Assembly: GCA_951406725.2 (NCBI GenBank)
Contig: OX597815.1
Span: 197,904,001 to 197,968,000, forward strand
DNA length: 64,000 bases
Reading direction: 5' to 3'
Source: Octopus vulgaris
Lineage: Eukaryota
The notes beneath the pieces were generated by a model, which did not search any database, was not told the DNA's origin, and was given only the letters and a program-made list of their open reading frames with translations. Each line of letters begins with the position of its first letter. The stretch's first letter is position 1. A program made the position numbers and the translations under genes. Positions 28,852 to 42,946 of this stretch are shown here, one piece after another.

Positions 28852-29001
28852 AAAATGAACAACCAAATTATACCATCTTGAAAATTGTATATCATAGGAA
28901 AGTTAAAATTAAAGTGACAATTAAAAGGTAAAGATGGAAGTGAATTATAAAGATAATAATATGATGTATATAACAGGCAATACACATATCTATACACACA
29001 C

Positions 29002-29046
<45 letters not shown>

Positions 29047-29400
29047 CACACACAGACACATACTAAATGTTCTACTATATTAGATTGTAAATCGAAAGAT
29101 GCGTCCTTCAATGTCACTATATATATACATGCTTACACATGAAATATTAGGGAAAATCCACCTTCTAACGAATCAAAATGAACAATCAAGTTACACCATC
29201 TTGAAAATTGCATATCATAGGAAGGTTAAAGTTAGAATGACATTTGGCGAGTAAAGATCAAGTAAATTGCAAAAACAATATAATGTATGTAACAGGTAAC
29301 ATATACACACACACACCTATATATATATACACACACACATATATTAAATGTTCCACTGTATCATATTGTAAATCGAAAAAAAATTTTTGTCCTTCAATGT
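28852..29400 (-). repeat. Diverged tandem duplication next to the Penelope-like ORF end
   Basis: AAAATGAACAA...CCATCTTGAAAATTG...GTCCTTCAATGT occurs at 28852-29114 and 29176-29400. Confidence 0.75.
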
Positions 29401-29415
29401 ATGTTGAGTAAAGTT

Positions 29416-29663
29416 TCAGCCATTTAATTTGGGGGAGAACTTAGCTATGAAATGTTTTTCCATATTCCTCCTGAAGGGGGTGTCGTTCTTCGGACACTTG
29501 TAGAAGGGAAATATCTTAAATTTTCCTTCTCCACATGTAGCTAGGTGTGTGCTTAATGGTATTTTGCGTAGTTCTTCCTGCCGAATATGTTGTCGGTGGA
29601 TCCTGGCTCGCTGGCACAAAGAATTACCAGTTTCACCTACGTAATTCTCCTTGCACGTGGGGC

Positions 29664-29670
<7 letters not shown>
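29416..29670 (-). pseudogene. Penelope-like element GIY-YIG endonuclease, C-terminal fragment
   Basis: TCPTCKENYVGETGNSLCQRARIH...HLATC...RRNMEKHFIAKFSPKLN: CxxC, YVGET, R..H, catalytic E and terminal LN typical of PLE GIY-YIG domains. Confidence 0.9.
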
Positions 29671-29719
<49 letters not shown>

Positions 29720-29723
<4 letters not shown>

Positions 29724-29925
29724 GCATATGGGTCTTTGCGTCTATGTCTGGCCACCGCCACAAATGCATGAGTGATTTGGTCCCTGTAATCCAGTGCTTC
29801 AGCAAAAGACCAGTACAATATGTAGCAGGCTTCAAAAAGCCAGTACTCGGTTCAGTTCCTTTAACTAAAAGTTCTTCGATGCAGTACCCCAGCTTGGATG
29901 CAGTCTAATGACTGAAGCAAATAAA
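29720..29925 (+). mobile_element. SINE family B 3' half, diverged
   Basis: GTCCCTGTAATCCAGTGCTTCAGCAAAAGACC...GCAGTACCCCAGCTTGGATGCAGTCTAATGACTGAAGCAA. Confidence 0.6.
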
Positions 29926-30047
29926 CATTATTCATAATTCTTCCTTTCAGATTCAAGCCTGGACTTTGGAAATGATGTCATAATATATTACAATTAAATT
30001 TAGAAGAATTCAGTTTATTATTGCAATGAGTGTATATATTTATTGTG

Positions 30048-30381
30048 AAGGTACATGGCTCGGTGGTTAGAACGTGGAGCTTACGATCGTGAGGCTGTGA
30101 GTTCGAATTTCGGACTGGGCTTCGTGTTGTGTTCTTGAGCAAGACACTTTATTTCAAGTTGCTCCAGTTCACTCAGCTGTACAAATGAGTTGCGACGTCA
30201 CAGGTGCCAAGCTGTATCGGCCTTTGCCTTTCCCTTGGATAACACTGGTGGCGTGGAGAGGGGAGGCCGGTATGCATGGACGAATGCTGGTCTTCGCGAA
30301 AACAACTTTGCCCGGATTTGTGCCTGGGAGGGTAACTTTCTAGGTGTAATACCGTGGTCAGTCATGACCGAAGGAGGTCTC
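30048..30381 (+). mobile_element. SINE family D (tRNA head plus CORE-like domain)
   Basis: A-box TGGCTCGGTGG, B-box GAGTTCGAATT, GTGTTCTTGAGCAAGACACTT CORE-like motif; flanking ATATATTTAT direct repeat. Confidence 0.85.
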
Positions 30382-31479
30382 TCAGCATATATTTATAAAT
30401 CGACATCAAAACAAATATAAAAAAAAATCACTGTCAGTTTAATCCCCAACATCCTTGCGAATATATATATATACGTTTGTAATCTATATCTATGCATTTA
30501 TATTAGAATTTCTTTGTGAGTATTTTGCTTAAAAGTAGGATTACTTTTATTTCTACCGTACCTATTTAGTGTAAATCATCAATGACAGTGCTTAGGTATT
30601 TTATAAGGATAGATTCTGGTAGTGGGTTGGGAAATAATATGAGAGTTATTGTCTTCTTCGTATTTAGCCATTCAAGAAAACGTTTGTTTTCAATTGTTTT
30701 AATGTTTGATGATTTTTGCTTGAAAGAAATGATGATTTTTGCTTGAAAGAAATGATGAATTCGGAGGTTGGGTTAGGAAGTTGAGTCCTAAATATGAGAA
30801 TGAATATGCGCCACTGGTACAAAATGCTCATACTTTGTGGTCAACTTGGTATGCATAAACACACTCGCAAATACAAATGTATGTATGTATTCATACAAGC
30901 AAGCATGCAGACGTGTATTTACAAAGATATATACATACACATGTACATATAAAGTCATGGATTGATACGAATTTATTTAACATTAATGCCATGAATTAAT
31001 AATTTTTGTTAATTAGGGTCACGGTCTTTAATTCTGAGTGGAGGATGCACATTAATATTGATATCTATGGTTTTCGATTGGTACACTTTTATATTACCTA
31101 CAAAGGTGATGGTAAATTTGACGTCACATTTATGTTAACACGGATAATGTCATGCAGCAACAACTGCTGCAAGTTACTTTGTGTTGTTGATATGACTCCA
31201 CCTATCCACAGCTATTTGCTCCTAAAATCAACTGAACTTAATTCTGTAAGATTGTGTATATAGCTATACACCTAGAACTATTCTGAAAAATATACACTTC
31301 ATATTAGAGTATATGAAATGAAATATCTTAATGTAAGTTCACAATATATATGCTATATATTGAATTTAAACGATTCCTGGAGAGAGATGCTGCTGGATAT
31401 TAGATAAAAGAGAAAATTTTCACACAACCTCATGTGATGTAGTTTGATTAGGCTTCACAGACGTTTTATTAGTTTTCTG

Positions 31480-32266
31480 TGTACTTCGTGACATTCAAAT
31501 ATCGGACACGCTCACCAAAGCAACTGATCCGGGAGTTGATAAGGTCCATCTTTTAGCAAGTTACAACTACATTTGTTGACTCGCTATCAATTACATGAAC
31601 ATTCGCCATACTGGACATTGAAATGCCCGACAACTGGAAACATTGTCTAGCGACTGACTTAACACTATCTTTCACAGCTCATTGCTCTTACTGCCTTATG
31701 CTCTCTAAGCTTATGAAGTTTAGCAGTAGAAAATGTATCTTCTTTTAACGAGAACAACAACAGTCAAGGTGGGAATGCTTTCCTCTCTTACCAGTGGGAG
31801 AACAATCCTCGTTGGAACACAAAACCATGGAACATTTGCAGCTCAAAATATCGAACAGTGTATCAAATGAGTGTAGAAAATAAATTTTCATAGATACGTT
31901 TCCTTTACCAAGTGATGTGTGTACTGCTTTCCACCACAGTCCCATTCGTTTTAGATCAATTGTTCGGCACTGTGTGATCAGTGTCGGTTTGAATTGTGCA
32001 TTAGCCTTTGTCCCCTGGTGCAGAAGATGGGGTATTGTATCATGTGTGATTTCCGTATCTGTATAGTTCCTTGTGTTCTTTGAATTTTGTCCCCGAAGTA
32101 GTAACCTAAGTCTTAAAATGTCTCTCATTGTTGGAAGTTCTGATACAGGATTCTCTTTCCTTATGCCAGTTACAAGGCTCAAGCGGGATGATACCTGACT
32201 TATAGTCTTCAGCGTTGACATCTTGTGAACATCTGAAAAGAGTAAAAATTCATTTAACCAGTTCAT
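31480..32266 (-). pseudogene. Decayed DNA-transposon transposase (Sola2-like)
   Basis: ELPTMRDIL...KAN...FDTLFDILSCKC...CCCSR*KKI, then QLLW*AC downstream; matches my recalled LFDI.CKC/C.C.EKKIP and LLWLACRHH motifs. Superfamily assignment is from memory. Confidence 0.55.
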
Positions 32267-32344
32267 TTAACTAATTAAATGATAATATAAGAGTGATATT
32301 TTGAGTCCAATCAGTTTTACATATAAATTTTCAATTATTGCAAA

Positions 32345-32715
32345 GGAGTAGCCGTGTGGTAAGTAGCTTGCTTACTAACCACACGGTTCCGGGTTCATTC
32401 CCACTGCGTGGCAACTTGGCCAAGCGTCTTCTACTATAGCCTCGGGCTGACCAAAGCTGTGTGAGTGGATTTGGTAGAGGGAAACTAAAAGAAACACGTC
32501 GTATATATGTACGTATGTGTGCGTATATGATTGTGTGCTTGTATTTGCCCCACCCCCACATCGCTTGACAAAATAGTGGTGAGTTTACGTCCCCGTAACT
32601 TAGCGGTTCGGTAAATTATACCGATAGAATAAGTACTAGGCTTCCAAAGAATTTGCTCGACTACAGGTGGTGCTCCAGCATGGCCGCAGTGAAATGACGG
32701 AAACAAGTAAAATAT
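32345..32715 (+). mobile_element. SINE family B, full length
   Basis: GGAGTAGCCGTGTGGTAAGTAGCTTGCTTAC...GGTGCTCCAGCATGGCCGCAGTGAAATGACGGAAACAAGTAAAA. Confidence 0.9.
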
Positions 32716-35267
32716 AAAGATAAAATATAAGATATTGTTTCAAAACAACGCCATATTGAAAATTTAGGATAAAATTGATGTAGGCTACAGTTATAATCCA
32801 TTTTGATATATATATATATATATATATAAAGTCTGCGAGTAAAAAAAAACACAATACTTTTACTACCAAATTACATTTTCAGTCAGTTATTTAAATTGAC
32901 ACACCCTAATATCTATGTTTGTTTGTATGTATGCATGTATGTATGTATGTATGTATACATGTATGTATGGATCTCTCTCCCTCTCTCTCTTTCTCTCACT
33001 CTCCCTCTCTCTCTCTTTCTCTTTCTCTCTCACTCTCTCTAACGGTTTGCTTGTTGCACTTCCAAGTGCGAGAATGTGGCTTCAATTTGTAGAGCGTGTG
33101 ATGCGTTGTATTCTTGAGCTAAACACTTTATCTCACCTTGCTATGCGTAGTGAATTCTAAAACGTTACATTAATAAGTTTCCCATTGCAAAAACACTTTT
33201 AAACGCTGTTCTGAAAACATGCACCATCCCAATACAAACAGGTAAAATACCTCAAATAATACCAACTTGCTGACAAACTAAAACTTGGCACCTACTTGAA
33301 TTCTTTAAAAACTCATTCCTGAAAAGCAGACATGCTTAGTGAACAAATATAATTACAAATTTAAAAAAACCGGACTGAAATCTGACATTGATCACTCACA
33401 TTCTGAAAACAAAATTTTACATATTCCATAAATATCCAAAATGGAACCAACAACAACTAAACCAAGTCACATACTTGCTTCCCAATGTCATAACTACACT
33501 TTTTGCGAATGCCCATGGCATAAAGATGACACATCTAAATATACACACATAATTACAAAGATTTACTTGCAAGTATAATTTCTTAGAAATATCTTATGCC
33601 CAAATTTAATTTCCATAATAAATTTTCATCATATTTTGCAATACAAAACTAGATGTCATTAAAGAAAATTCAGTTTAAATTTTTAAAGCTATGACGTAAA
33701 AGTGACTATATAAAACCAAGTTGAACTCTAATGCGTCACAGTCCGATGATGGCTTAGCTGAACGAAACCACGAAGGGAATATACTATTCTTGTTACAGAA
33801 CAATAAATTTGTACTCAAATAGATATATTGGTAATCCTTTTATTAAAATTAAAACAAACGTCAGTGTGTGCATGTGTGTTTGTGTGTGACTGTGTGTATC
33901 TGTGTGTGTGCGTGCGTGTACATACGTCAGTATATGAGCCTCAGTCCGTGTTTGTATATACTTAGATAAACTTAGATATGTTTCGACCAAAGATTGGTCC
34001 AGGCCATGTCTAACTTAATAGCACCTAATGATTAATAATTCAAATTTATGTTTTTTTCCGACTGACACTGAGTATCTCTCCGGCACAATACAGGTGAAAC
34101 AAGGTATCCCTATCGAAATGTTTTCTTAAGTAGGACTTGTTTGAAGGTTTCACACGTACATGTTTGAATGTACTTCTGAAATGATTTCCTATGAATAATA
34201 TTTATATTTAAATATCTTCCATTTCTTTGGCACCAGAACTATTAGATTAATATACAAATGTATCTGGATTTATCGATATATAGCCATATAAATTATGATT
34301 GCCGAACTAATTAAAATTGAATGCAGAATCGATATTAATATATGAAATTGTTTGTACTGTTTATGCTATATAATTAGTTTCATGGCCGTTTATCCCTTAG
34401 ATATCTTTATAATTTAATTATTAGCAGGAACAATAGCAGCATGGAAAGCACAGTTTAAAACAAAATTCTTGCAATTTATGCGGGAAAATCTTTGAATATA
34501 TGTGAGCGTATATATTTATGACAGCATATATATATATATGTGGGGGGTGCGTGTGTATGTCTATGTGTATGTGTTTATACATGTGAGTGTATATATTTCT
34601 AACACTATTTGTGTATCTATAGATATATCTCTCTTCACTTATCTTTCTCTCACAACATTTTCTTCCATGTATATGTGTGTGTGTGTGCGGTTTGTTTGAA
34701 TGTGCATGGAGACAGAAACTAAATAGGAGGAAAGGGATTCATATTCCAATAGGAAAGTAACGCTTTGTTATTTTAAATGTAAGGAAGAAAAATTTACTGA
34801 CAACATCAATCCTGAAATGATTTTATGGCTTCAGCTAGAATAACGATTACGTATACATACAAAGACTGAATGAGTACGAAGGAAAGCATTTTATTTTCTG
34901 CTGGCATTAGTTGCGTAAAGATACTGACATTCATTGGTATGTAGAAAATGCAAAGACCTTTCTGTAGATACAATTGCACTATTTCCATGTAATATGTATT
35001 GAATGGAGACCATATTTCCTTAAAGGAAGAAATAAACCACACAAGAACGCAAAGTCACTGAGTTAGCTAAGGTACTTTTAGATTATCATCATTAAGTTTA
35101 ATAGAAAAGCTGTCAAATTCCTTCATTTGAAATACAACACCTGAGCAGAAAGCGAATTGTTGATGAATTGCGATACACAGATGTAAATGTGTTACGAAGT
35201 TGTATGTATTCAGTTAAAAGTAAATACGTATACAACACCCCCACACGCACACATATATATATATATA

Positions 35268-35442
35268 CAGGGTGATTCAAAAGTCTCCATACATAGGAAA
35301 GATCTATTATTTTATAAGAAACAGTTTATAAGATCCCCCTAGATCCCCTGATCTGACCCCTCTTGTTTTCCATCTTTGGGGGCAGTTGAAAGGCATGGAG
35401 TATCGCGGAACAATAAAAGACATAAATGATTACAAGGAACGG
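35268..35442 (+). mobile_element. Internally deleted Tc1/mariner element
   Basis: TA then CAGGGTGATTCAAAAGTC TIR-like start; from 35335 the frame reads PPRSPDLTPLVFHLWGQLKGMEY, the SPDL.P..F.LWG.LK transposase motif. Confidence 0.85.
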
Positions 35443-35499
35443 GCGTGTATACAAACACGTGCACACATACACAAATATAGGCCCTGCAGAACTAAACTC

Positions 35500-36050
35500 A
35501 TCTGGTAATGCGGTGATAAGTAATGAGGCACATTCATGATGGCTACAAGATTTTAGGCCACCGTTGTTCCACGGAGCTCACGCCATGTTATTCCCATTTA
35601 CTCTACTAAAATTTGATGACGCTAGTTGAGATTTTACGGATGGTACAGCTGAGAATACATGCGTCAGTTGTTAAAGACCGTGTCGTTCAGTATGGTGCAA
35701 CCACGACGAAGGATTATATACCAGGATTCTTGGCTGCCAGTATCTTGACTTTGGGGAAAATGGCATAACTCTGGGTCGAACGATGAGATAATCCGCTCTT
35801 ACTGCAGCCGGAAACTATAAGTTGGTTAAGTAGGTGTAGTTTTCTGCGGATATTGAGTCGATAATTGAGAGTTCCATGTAGGTAAGGAGGGACCCTTACT
35901 TACAAGCCATAACCTTTAATGTTGGGCAAGTTCCGACGGTCACGGTGTCCCTCGATGAAAGTGCTGTTGAAGGAAACAGATTTTTGTCCCCTCGCTACAT
36001 CTGAAGGTTTGCATATGCTGTATATACATTACCTTGATTTCACTTATAGT
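35500..36050 (-). pseudogene. Highly decayed RTE-like LINE fragment
   Basis: Broken minus-strand frames resembling the post-RT region (PKVKIL, LASSNFSR...PWNNGGL). Confidence 0.35.
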
Positions 36051-39000
36051 GTCTTGTTCCGTCATCGGAATTTGAGATGGCGGCTTGTATAGATCTCAGA
36101 CTTTGAGAAGCAGAATGCTTAAACTAGGCATTTCAAAGGGTATACCCCCCCCCACACACAGACACACAGACAAGCACAGACAAAACGCATATTCACGCGC
36201 GCACACACACACACACTCACTCACACGCACAAATGCGCTCACACACTCCTAGATAGATAGACAGAAAAATATGTATATATATATTTGTATGTATATGTTT
36301 CGGTATATATGAGAAGTGTATATAAATATATACATAGATATATATATATATCTATATAAGTGTGTGTATGTATGTATATATATATTTATATATATATATA
36401 TATATATACCTGCTTTTAAATTTGTCACCATCTACAAACAACTTGAGAGTAATATTCAATGCTTAATAATTGAAATTCTAAAATATTTTAGAACGCATTA
36501 TTTCAGAACCACGTGATAGAATTGATAATGATTTTTCTCAGTTTTCCTGTCCGAACTAATTGAGCAAAATAAATATGGTGTATAATTTGTAACCACATAA
36601 TAAATCTTTGCAACACACCTTACAAGTTTGTACTAATTTTAAATGCACCTGTATTTATATAACACTATATTTCCAATATAACTTTGAAATATTGCACATG
36701 ATATCCGTTTATAAACATGCAAGATCAAACGGTATTTCATAGCGAATTATGACGGTGATGTTATTATTAACTCAATAACAATTTGTTGGACGCAGTTTAT
36801 CACCAGCAGCGACATTACTTATTTGTTAGAATGTATAATAGATTGTTACTTATCGCAGTATATGTCAAAGTAAATATTTATGTAAGTGATTACCATCAGT
36901 GAAGTTGTGAATTATTTCAATTTAACTATTTCTGTAACTCATTATTCGTTCAAACCCTAGTTAAACTAAACTTCTGTATTTGTATTATTAAATATGGTAA
37001 TAATCACCATGAACCTCGTGATAACTACTGTAAATTCAGAGATGCAGAAGGTTTCGAGTAATTATAAATAAATATCATTGATAGCAATAATATTCGCAGG
37101 AGAAAGTGTAAGAAATTGCTCCATAAATTTATGTAGTTAAAATTTCCAGGAATGTTTCTCGCTTGGTCACACGATATATATAAATGTGCTGTCTATGATA
37201 TTTCAATACATCTACATTTTCATAATCATTCTTACTAGTAGAATACTAGGCACATGTCTTGGCTTTTAAATTTTGTTCTTCAATAATTAAGAAAGAATAT
37301 TAACTTATGTAAAATAATGCGCTCCCTATTCGAGAAAAGGTATCAAAAATATTGAAATTCACAGATATCGTGCACAGAATGCGATATATGCATGCTCCCA
37401 GTGAAATGTTTAAGGAGATTTTGTATTAGACTCACATACACACACAACAAAAGGAATGATGTTTCTATGTACACAAAGTGATAAATATCAATGCAAACAA
37501 ATACATAATGTATGCAAACAGATATAAGCGTAGCTGTATGTGTGTATAAAAGGAGTGTTATGCTTTAAAGGAATATTCCGTATTTATCACGGATAGAGAT
37601 AAATTATGTATCGTTTGGTCACAGCAGCAAGATCAGTGATGCATAGTTTTCCGGCATAGCTCAGATTTCCGCGGAAGACGAAGCTTATTTTCAAACTCGA
37701 AATTGATTCGAAATAGTTGACACAGAACATGCTCTGTTGCGTAACAGGTGATCTGTTGCATGCCTTAAACCATGCATTTGAATAAACGCACGAAAGAAAA
37801 ATAGATACAATTATCTGACATGCTTGCTAATTTTATATGTAGACTTTTTTATATCATCCTGAAATTCTTGAAGGAATCGCTTATTCCACTGGGACGGCTA
37901 GTGAATTTCTTATCTTCAAGGCCATACCTGTGGCTGTAAGGATTTCAGTTGTAATTAGTTGAGCGGAACAGTAATTATGTTGGTTAATTTTTATATTGTT
38001 AAATTCAGTGTATTTATTATGATATATAACTGCTCATAAGATTCAATAATTCTATATTACTTGAAATATTGTGTTGAGAGAAAAACGTTTGAACAATTCG
38101 AGGAATATAGTAAAAGCGATTTATTAAACATGGACTAATATTTTGAGGTAATTTTGAGTAAACACTCCGAATGTTCTTCATCAAGATGTTTGATTGTTCA
38201 CTTTAAATTAATCTTTCTCAAAAAGATATGGTATTTTACCTACTTCAGCAAAACATTCTGTTGTTATGTGCAATAGCAGAGAATCGTCAAGAATAATTGA
38301 CAAATCCGGGGGCCACATTAAATAGTCATGCCGCGAGTTGGAAATTGAAAAGAAACATTAAGGATGTTCAAATATTTGTGTCAATATTAGTGAAATTAGC
38401 GATTACCTAAATGTCATAACAATAAACGGAATGGACCCAATGGAGATAAAAATAATCAATGTGCTAATACTGAAGAAATGAGGACAGACGTTAAGAATAT
38501 TAATGGCGAGAGTAAATTGTTTACGTTGTCTTTTCTTGAAAACATATCGTGTAAGGTTAACACAATGAAGGTGAGGTGAACACTTTGGCGGTAGCAAGCA
38601 AGCAGCGGGAAGTTTTGAGAAAATACAGGAATGATATATTCGACAAAAACGTGCGTTTGTGATTCAAAGCTGGTGAGAATATAGACACACTATTTGTATG
38701 GACATTTAGATATGCAGGTCATCGTGGGATACATACAAAAATGTACTCTTTGTAGAGCTCTTAATTCTTTAAACAATTATCTAGGCTATAAAAGTCTTTG
38801 GGAATAGGATTTTTTTTCTTTTTTTACCTTTTAATCATCGTCATTTAGCTTGTTTCAAATGAATGAGATACAAGATTTATGGGTCTTGGTATCTATGACA
38901 ATCAGATTTTTCAATTGCTTAGTACCATGGAATTATGATTATGTTGTGAGAAAATAGATATAATATTATTCTCGTATGTATATTTTTGGTGGGCGAGAAT

Positions 39001-40499
39001 GATTAATGAGCAACATCGATTTTGGAAAACGACGTTGTGTTCCACTTAGTTTGAGACCGTATGTGTATCTGGTGTTGCTTTGGGGATATATAATTGAAAT
39101 ATACTACAAAAGTTCCATACGTTATATATCAGTAATATAATATTATATTGAGTACTTCAAAGAGTTCTAAAATATTTTGTAGGTCGCTCTCAGCATTGCC
39201 ATGATTCATTCTTTGTCTGACCTATTGGGAAATGCGTGATGTGTTAATGCATATTCCCGTTTGGTGTCTCATCTCATCTGTTTGATACTTTGAGTTCTTG
39301 CTCTATATTTCCACGCAATACTTACTGAAGACGCTTATTTTTACATTTTTTATTCTCACAAGTGCCTCCAGAGACTGATATGAGTATATATTTTGAATAC
39401 GTTGTTCTATGTGATGAATCATTTATATTGTATATAACATTTCCATCTCGTCTATCTTCATAAGGTATTTTTTTTTCTTTTAGATGTTTGTTTCCTCATA
39501 TTTTTCACTTTCTCTATAAGGTAGTTTTTTTTCTTCTATTATATTATATTTGATTTATATCCCGCTTCTGTTGCTACTGCTAAATATACTTAGTATATTA
39601 TTATATTACACATACCAATTAACATTTGTTGCTATGGAGAATATTTCTTGCAACACATGGTAAAACGTGTTTATTATTTTCAACTGATGTTTCAATATTT
39701 GAAGCACTAAAGCGTTTCCCTAGTTACATATGCACTATTTCCGTTGTGATCAGTTCTCTGTATTATAGCGCTTACACATCCGGCACGATTGCCGACATTC
39801 TTTATTGTTGCCTGAGTTCTTTCCTTAAATGGATGATATTTGAAGATATTTCTCTTTTCTCAATAGAATATATAAGAGTGATTTTTTTTAAAGAGCCTTA
39901 CAATATTTTTTCTCTACTTTCTTCTTTTACTTTCAGGAAATAATAAGAATGCCATATTTGTTACTGTGCTATTTTTATATGTACAAATTTAACGGATTTC
40001 TATTCACTCTTGAATTCTACAAATTCAATAACTGACTGAATTAACACTAACTGAATTTAGTGCAACGACTTAGTAGGAATAAAGTAAATTCAAATGTTAT
40101 AGTTATCATTATCAACACATTTTATCAGCTGTGTGGTCTCTTTAAAACTGAATGTAGCATCGTGTGCCTTGTTTCGTGCAACTTCTATTTGTGTTTGAAG
40201 TATTTATATCATAAATTTAAAATACTCTACGAAAATGAATAGTTTTTTTAACGGTATATACTATATAAGAGTGTGTGGAATTACTGACCCTTTTGGTATT
40301 TATCCGTCTTTATATATTTCCATTTTACCAAATTACTAATTAATATGCTGTTTTCAATATTGATACGGTGTTTACTTCCAGTGTCTATATGTCTATATCT
40401 CATAACATTCTCATCCTTTTAGAGACAGACGTATTATACATGGGAATTGTAAGTTATTATGACTATTTTCAATATTGCAATATTTCAGAATTTATATAT

Positions 40500-40632
40500 A
40501 TGTATGTGTGTGTGTGCATGTGTGTGTGTGTGTATGTGCATGTGTGGGTGTGTGTGTGTGTGTGTATGTGCATGTGTGGGTGTGTGTGTGCATGTGTGTG
40601 TATGTGCATGTGTGTGAGTGTGTGTGTGTGCG
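40500..40632. repeat. Degenerate (TG)n
   Basis: Direct reading. Confidence 0.95.
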
Positions 40633-41528
40633 TCAGAGATTTTTGTGAGAGGGGTTAATACATACCATGCAAAGAGTCGTAGTGTAATGTGCTGTGTTTC
40701 TTTAAACACTATGTTCTGAAAGTTATACTGCAGTTGCGTGATATCATAGTGCAACAACTAAAACGAAAATGTATTGAATTTTATATCAATTTCTATCCTT
40801 GGTACAATGTAACAAACGTAGTGGAATATAAAGATGACGTATGTGACACCTCAGTATGTCGTGGTTCACATTGTTATAAAGGGATGGAGAAAAAAGGGCA
40901 AATTTTATCAAAGTGAGATTGCAAATATACTATCTTCAAGTATATCATCTTCAAATCAGCAGCTAAAACTCAGATTTTCCGTTTCTGCATTTATTTCATA
41001 CGAATTTAGTGTATCATTGGTATGCAAGTTATAGCCCAATTTTAAATGCTCCGTACGTGCATTAACACATACTATTATTCAATATATATTTATAGGAGTG
41101 GCTGTGTGGTAAGTAGCTTGCTAACCTCATTGACAGAAGAGTGACTTTGCTTACCGTACTACGGTTTGGACGCGTTTTCTTCCCAATAAGAGTTTTGCTG
41201 TGTTGTTAATTGTTGAATTCCTACTACTGAAAATTTGCCTTTAAACGTTGCTGAACTGTCTTGTTCTCCGGTTTTACCGGGAAATAATTGAATAATTTCT
41301 TACCATTGAACTGTTAGCCACTGTGGCTTTTTATTTACGTGACTATATATAGTCCTGCCAGACTATTTTCGTGCCCCTCCCCCGAATGGGGGTGGGAATT
41401 GGAATTTTTGAACTGCTTTTTTGAACTGCTTTTTTGAACTACTTTGGAAGAAAAACTTTCTATAGGTTTCCCAGTTTTGTGGGAAACCAATACTCGTAAT
41501 TTTTGTGTTGTCTAATTTCAACAGAATA

Positions 41529-42929
41529 ATGTCTGTTGAAATTATTCACGAAAGTAGTGCTCTTGAGGAGAGCAATGTTAAAAAATTTTCTGAGGTAGCC
41601 GCAGTGGCTGCCGAGAACATTGACATCGATGTCTACCAGCTCGTCGAGCTATTTAAAAGAATGCAAGAGGAGGGTGGTGATGTTAAAATATCACCCTCCG
41701 CCAGTATCGTGGAAACCGAGAAGCGGACCGTAGTGTTTAAAACTTTCTGTCCACAAAGCAGAAGGTTCAAACACTTTGAAAAAAGCACCATCGAGAAATG
41801 CCTGTCCCCGATTTGGAAGGACATCGTGTACGTCGCCAGGGGACGGGCATATGGCACTGTGGATGTCCGCTTCTCGGGGGAAGAAATGGCCCGCGGGCAT
41901 TCTGTGAACCCCCTAAAAACCAAGGAGGTGGTACTTTTCCCAAGCTATAGGGGACGCAGGACGTCCCGGGTCAGGATTGTAGAAGCCCCGCCGGAAGTAG
42001 ATCCGGTAGAGGTAGTGGCCGCCCTGTTATATAAAAGGGCGGACAAAATAAAAATACTAGAAGTAACATGCTCTACCCCTCGATTTTGGCTCGGGCGTAA
42101 CATTAATATATTAATTCAAGGAACAGCGGAGGACCTGCAGCTCCTTCCTGAGAGGGTACTCGTGGGCGAGAACGTAGCCCTCAGGGTACAGGTCGAAGGC
42201 CGAAAACCCACCTGTTACGCCTGCGGCAAAAAGGGCCACATTCGTGTAGACTGCCCAGACAAGCTAAAGAAACCGCAGACACCAGGCCCCTCAGATAATA
42301 AAAAAGTCCCTACCCTTGCAAACACACCTACCCCTACAAAAACAAAAAATCCCACTCCTGCTGTTACGGTGCCAACCCCAAAACAGACTGAAGAAAAAAC
42401 CCAGCCCTCGCACTCACAAACCCCTACACTATTAAACCTCCCACCCCCCTAAAAACTGCGGCGCCTACCGAACAAACTATTTCCACCCCAGACGATACCA
42501 TGGAGGTATCAGAGGGGGGATTTAAACCAGTTCGTAAAAGAATTCGTGCAGCATCCCCGTCCACATCCCCTACAAAAAATAATAAAAACAAAGACACACC
42601 ACAGACACGGAAAAAAATCCCGCTCAACTGGCCCAGAAAAAGAAGACAAAAAAGAAAATGAACTCATATTAATTGAATTCGACACACAAGACAAATACAT
42701 AAACGATATTGTGGTTCAGCATCAGTCAGCAAGACTGTACAACAAATACAAAGATCGAAATAGACACGCGTGGATTGCGGAAACAACGTTCAAACAATTA
42801 AAAGACAGACACCCAAACGCCATCCAGCATATCACGAACTTGCCGGACTATCTGAAGAAAGAGGAGAAAGAAGGGGCCCACAATCGTGTGGTGAGGTCGG
42901 CCCCCACCTCTCCAACGAAATGTAAGTAG
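41529..42929 (+). pseudogene. Tx1 ORF1 (gag-like, single CCHC zinc knuckle), frameshifted
   Basis: MSVEIIHESS... with CYACGKKGHIRVDC (CX2CX4HX4C) and a P/T/K-rich region; stop at 42452, with probable continuation in the 42546-42929 frame. Confidence 0.85.
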
Positions 42930-42946
42930 AACTTTTACTTTTTGTA

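Noticed and set aside
30707-30757. 23-bp tandem duplication (similar ones at 59795 and 60054)
   Set aside because: Ordinary slippage duplications.
33738-33775. Hammerhead-like CCGATGATGG...CGAAAC
   Set aside because: No consistent stem I, II or III pairing.
38200-39900. Faint LINE-like peptide traces (also 16850-17650 and 54740-55400)
   Set aside because: Too decayed to assign without a profile search.
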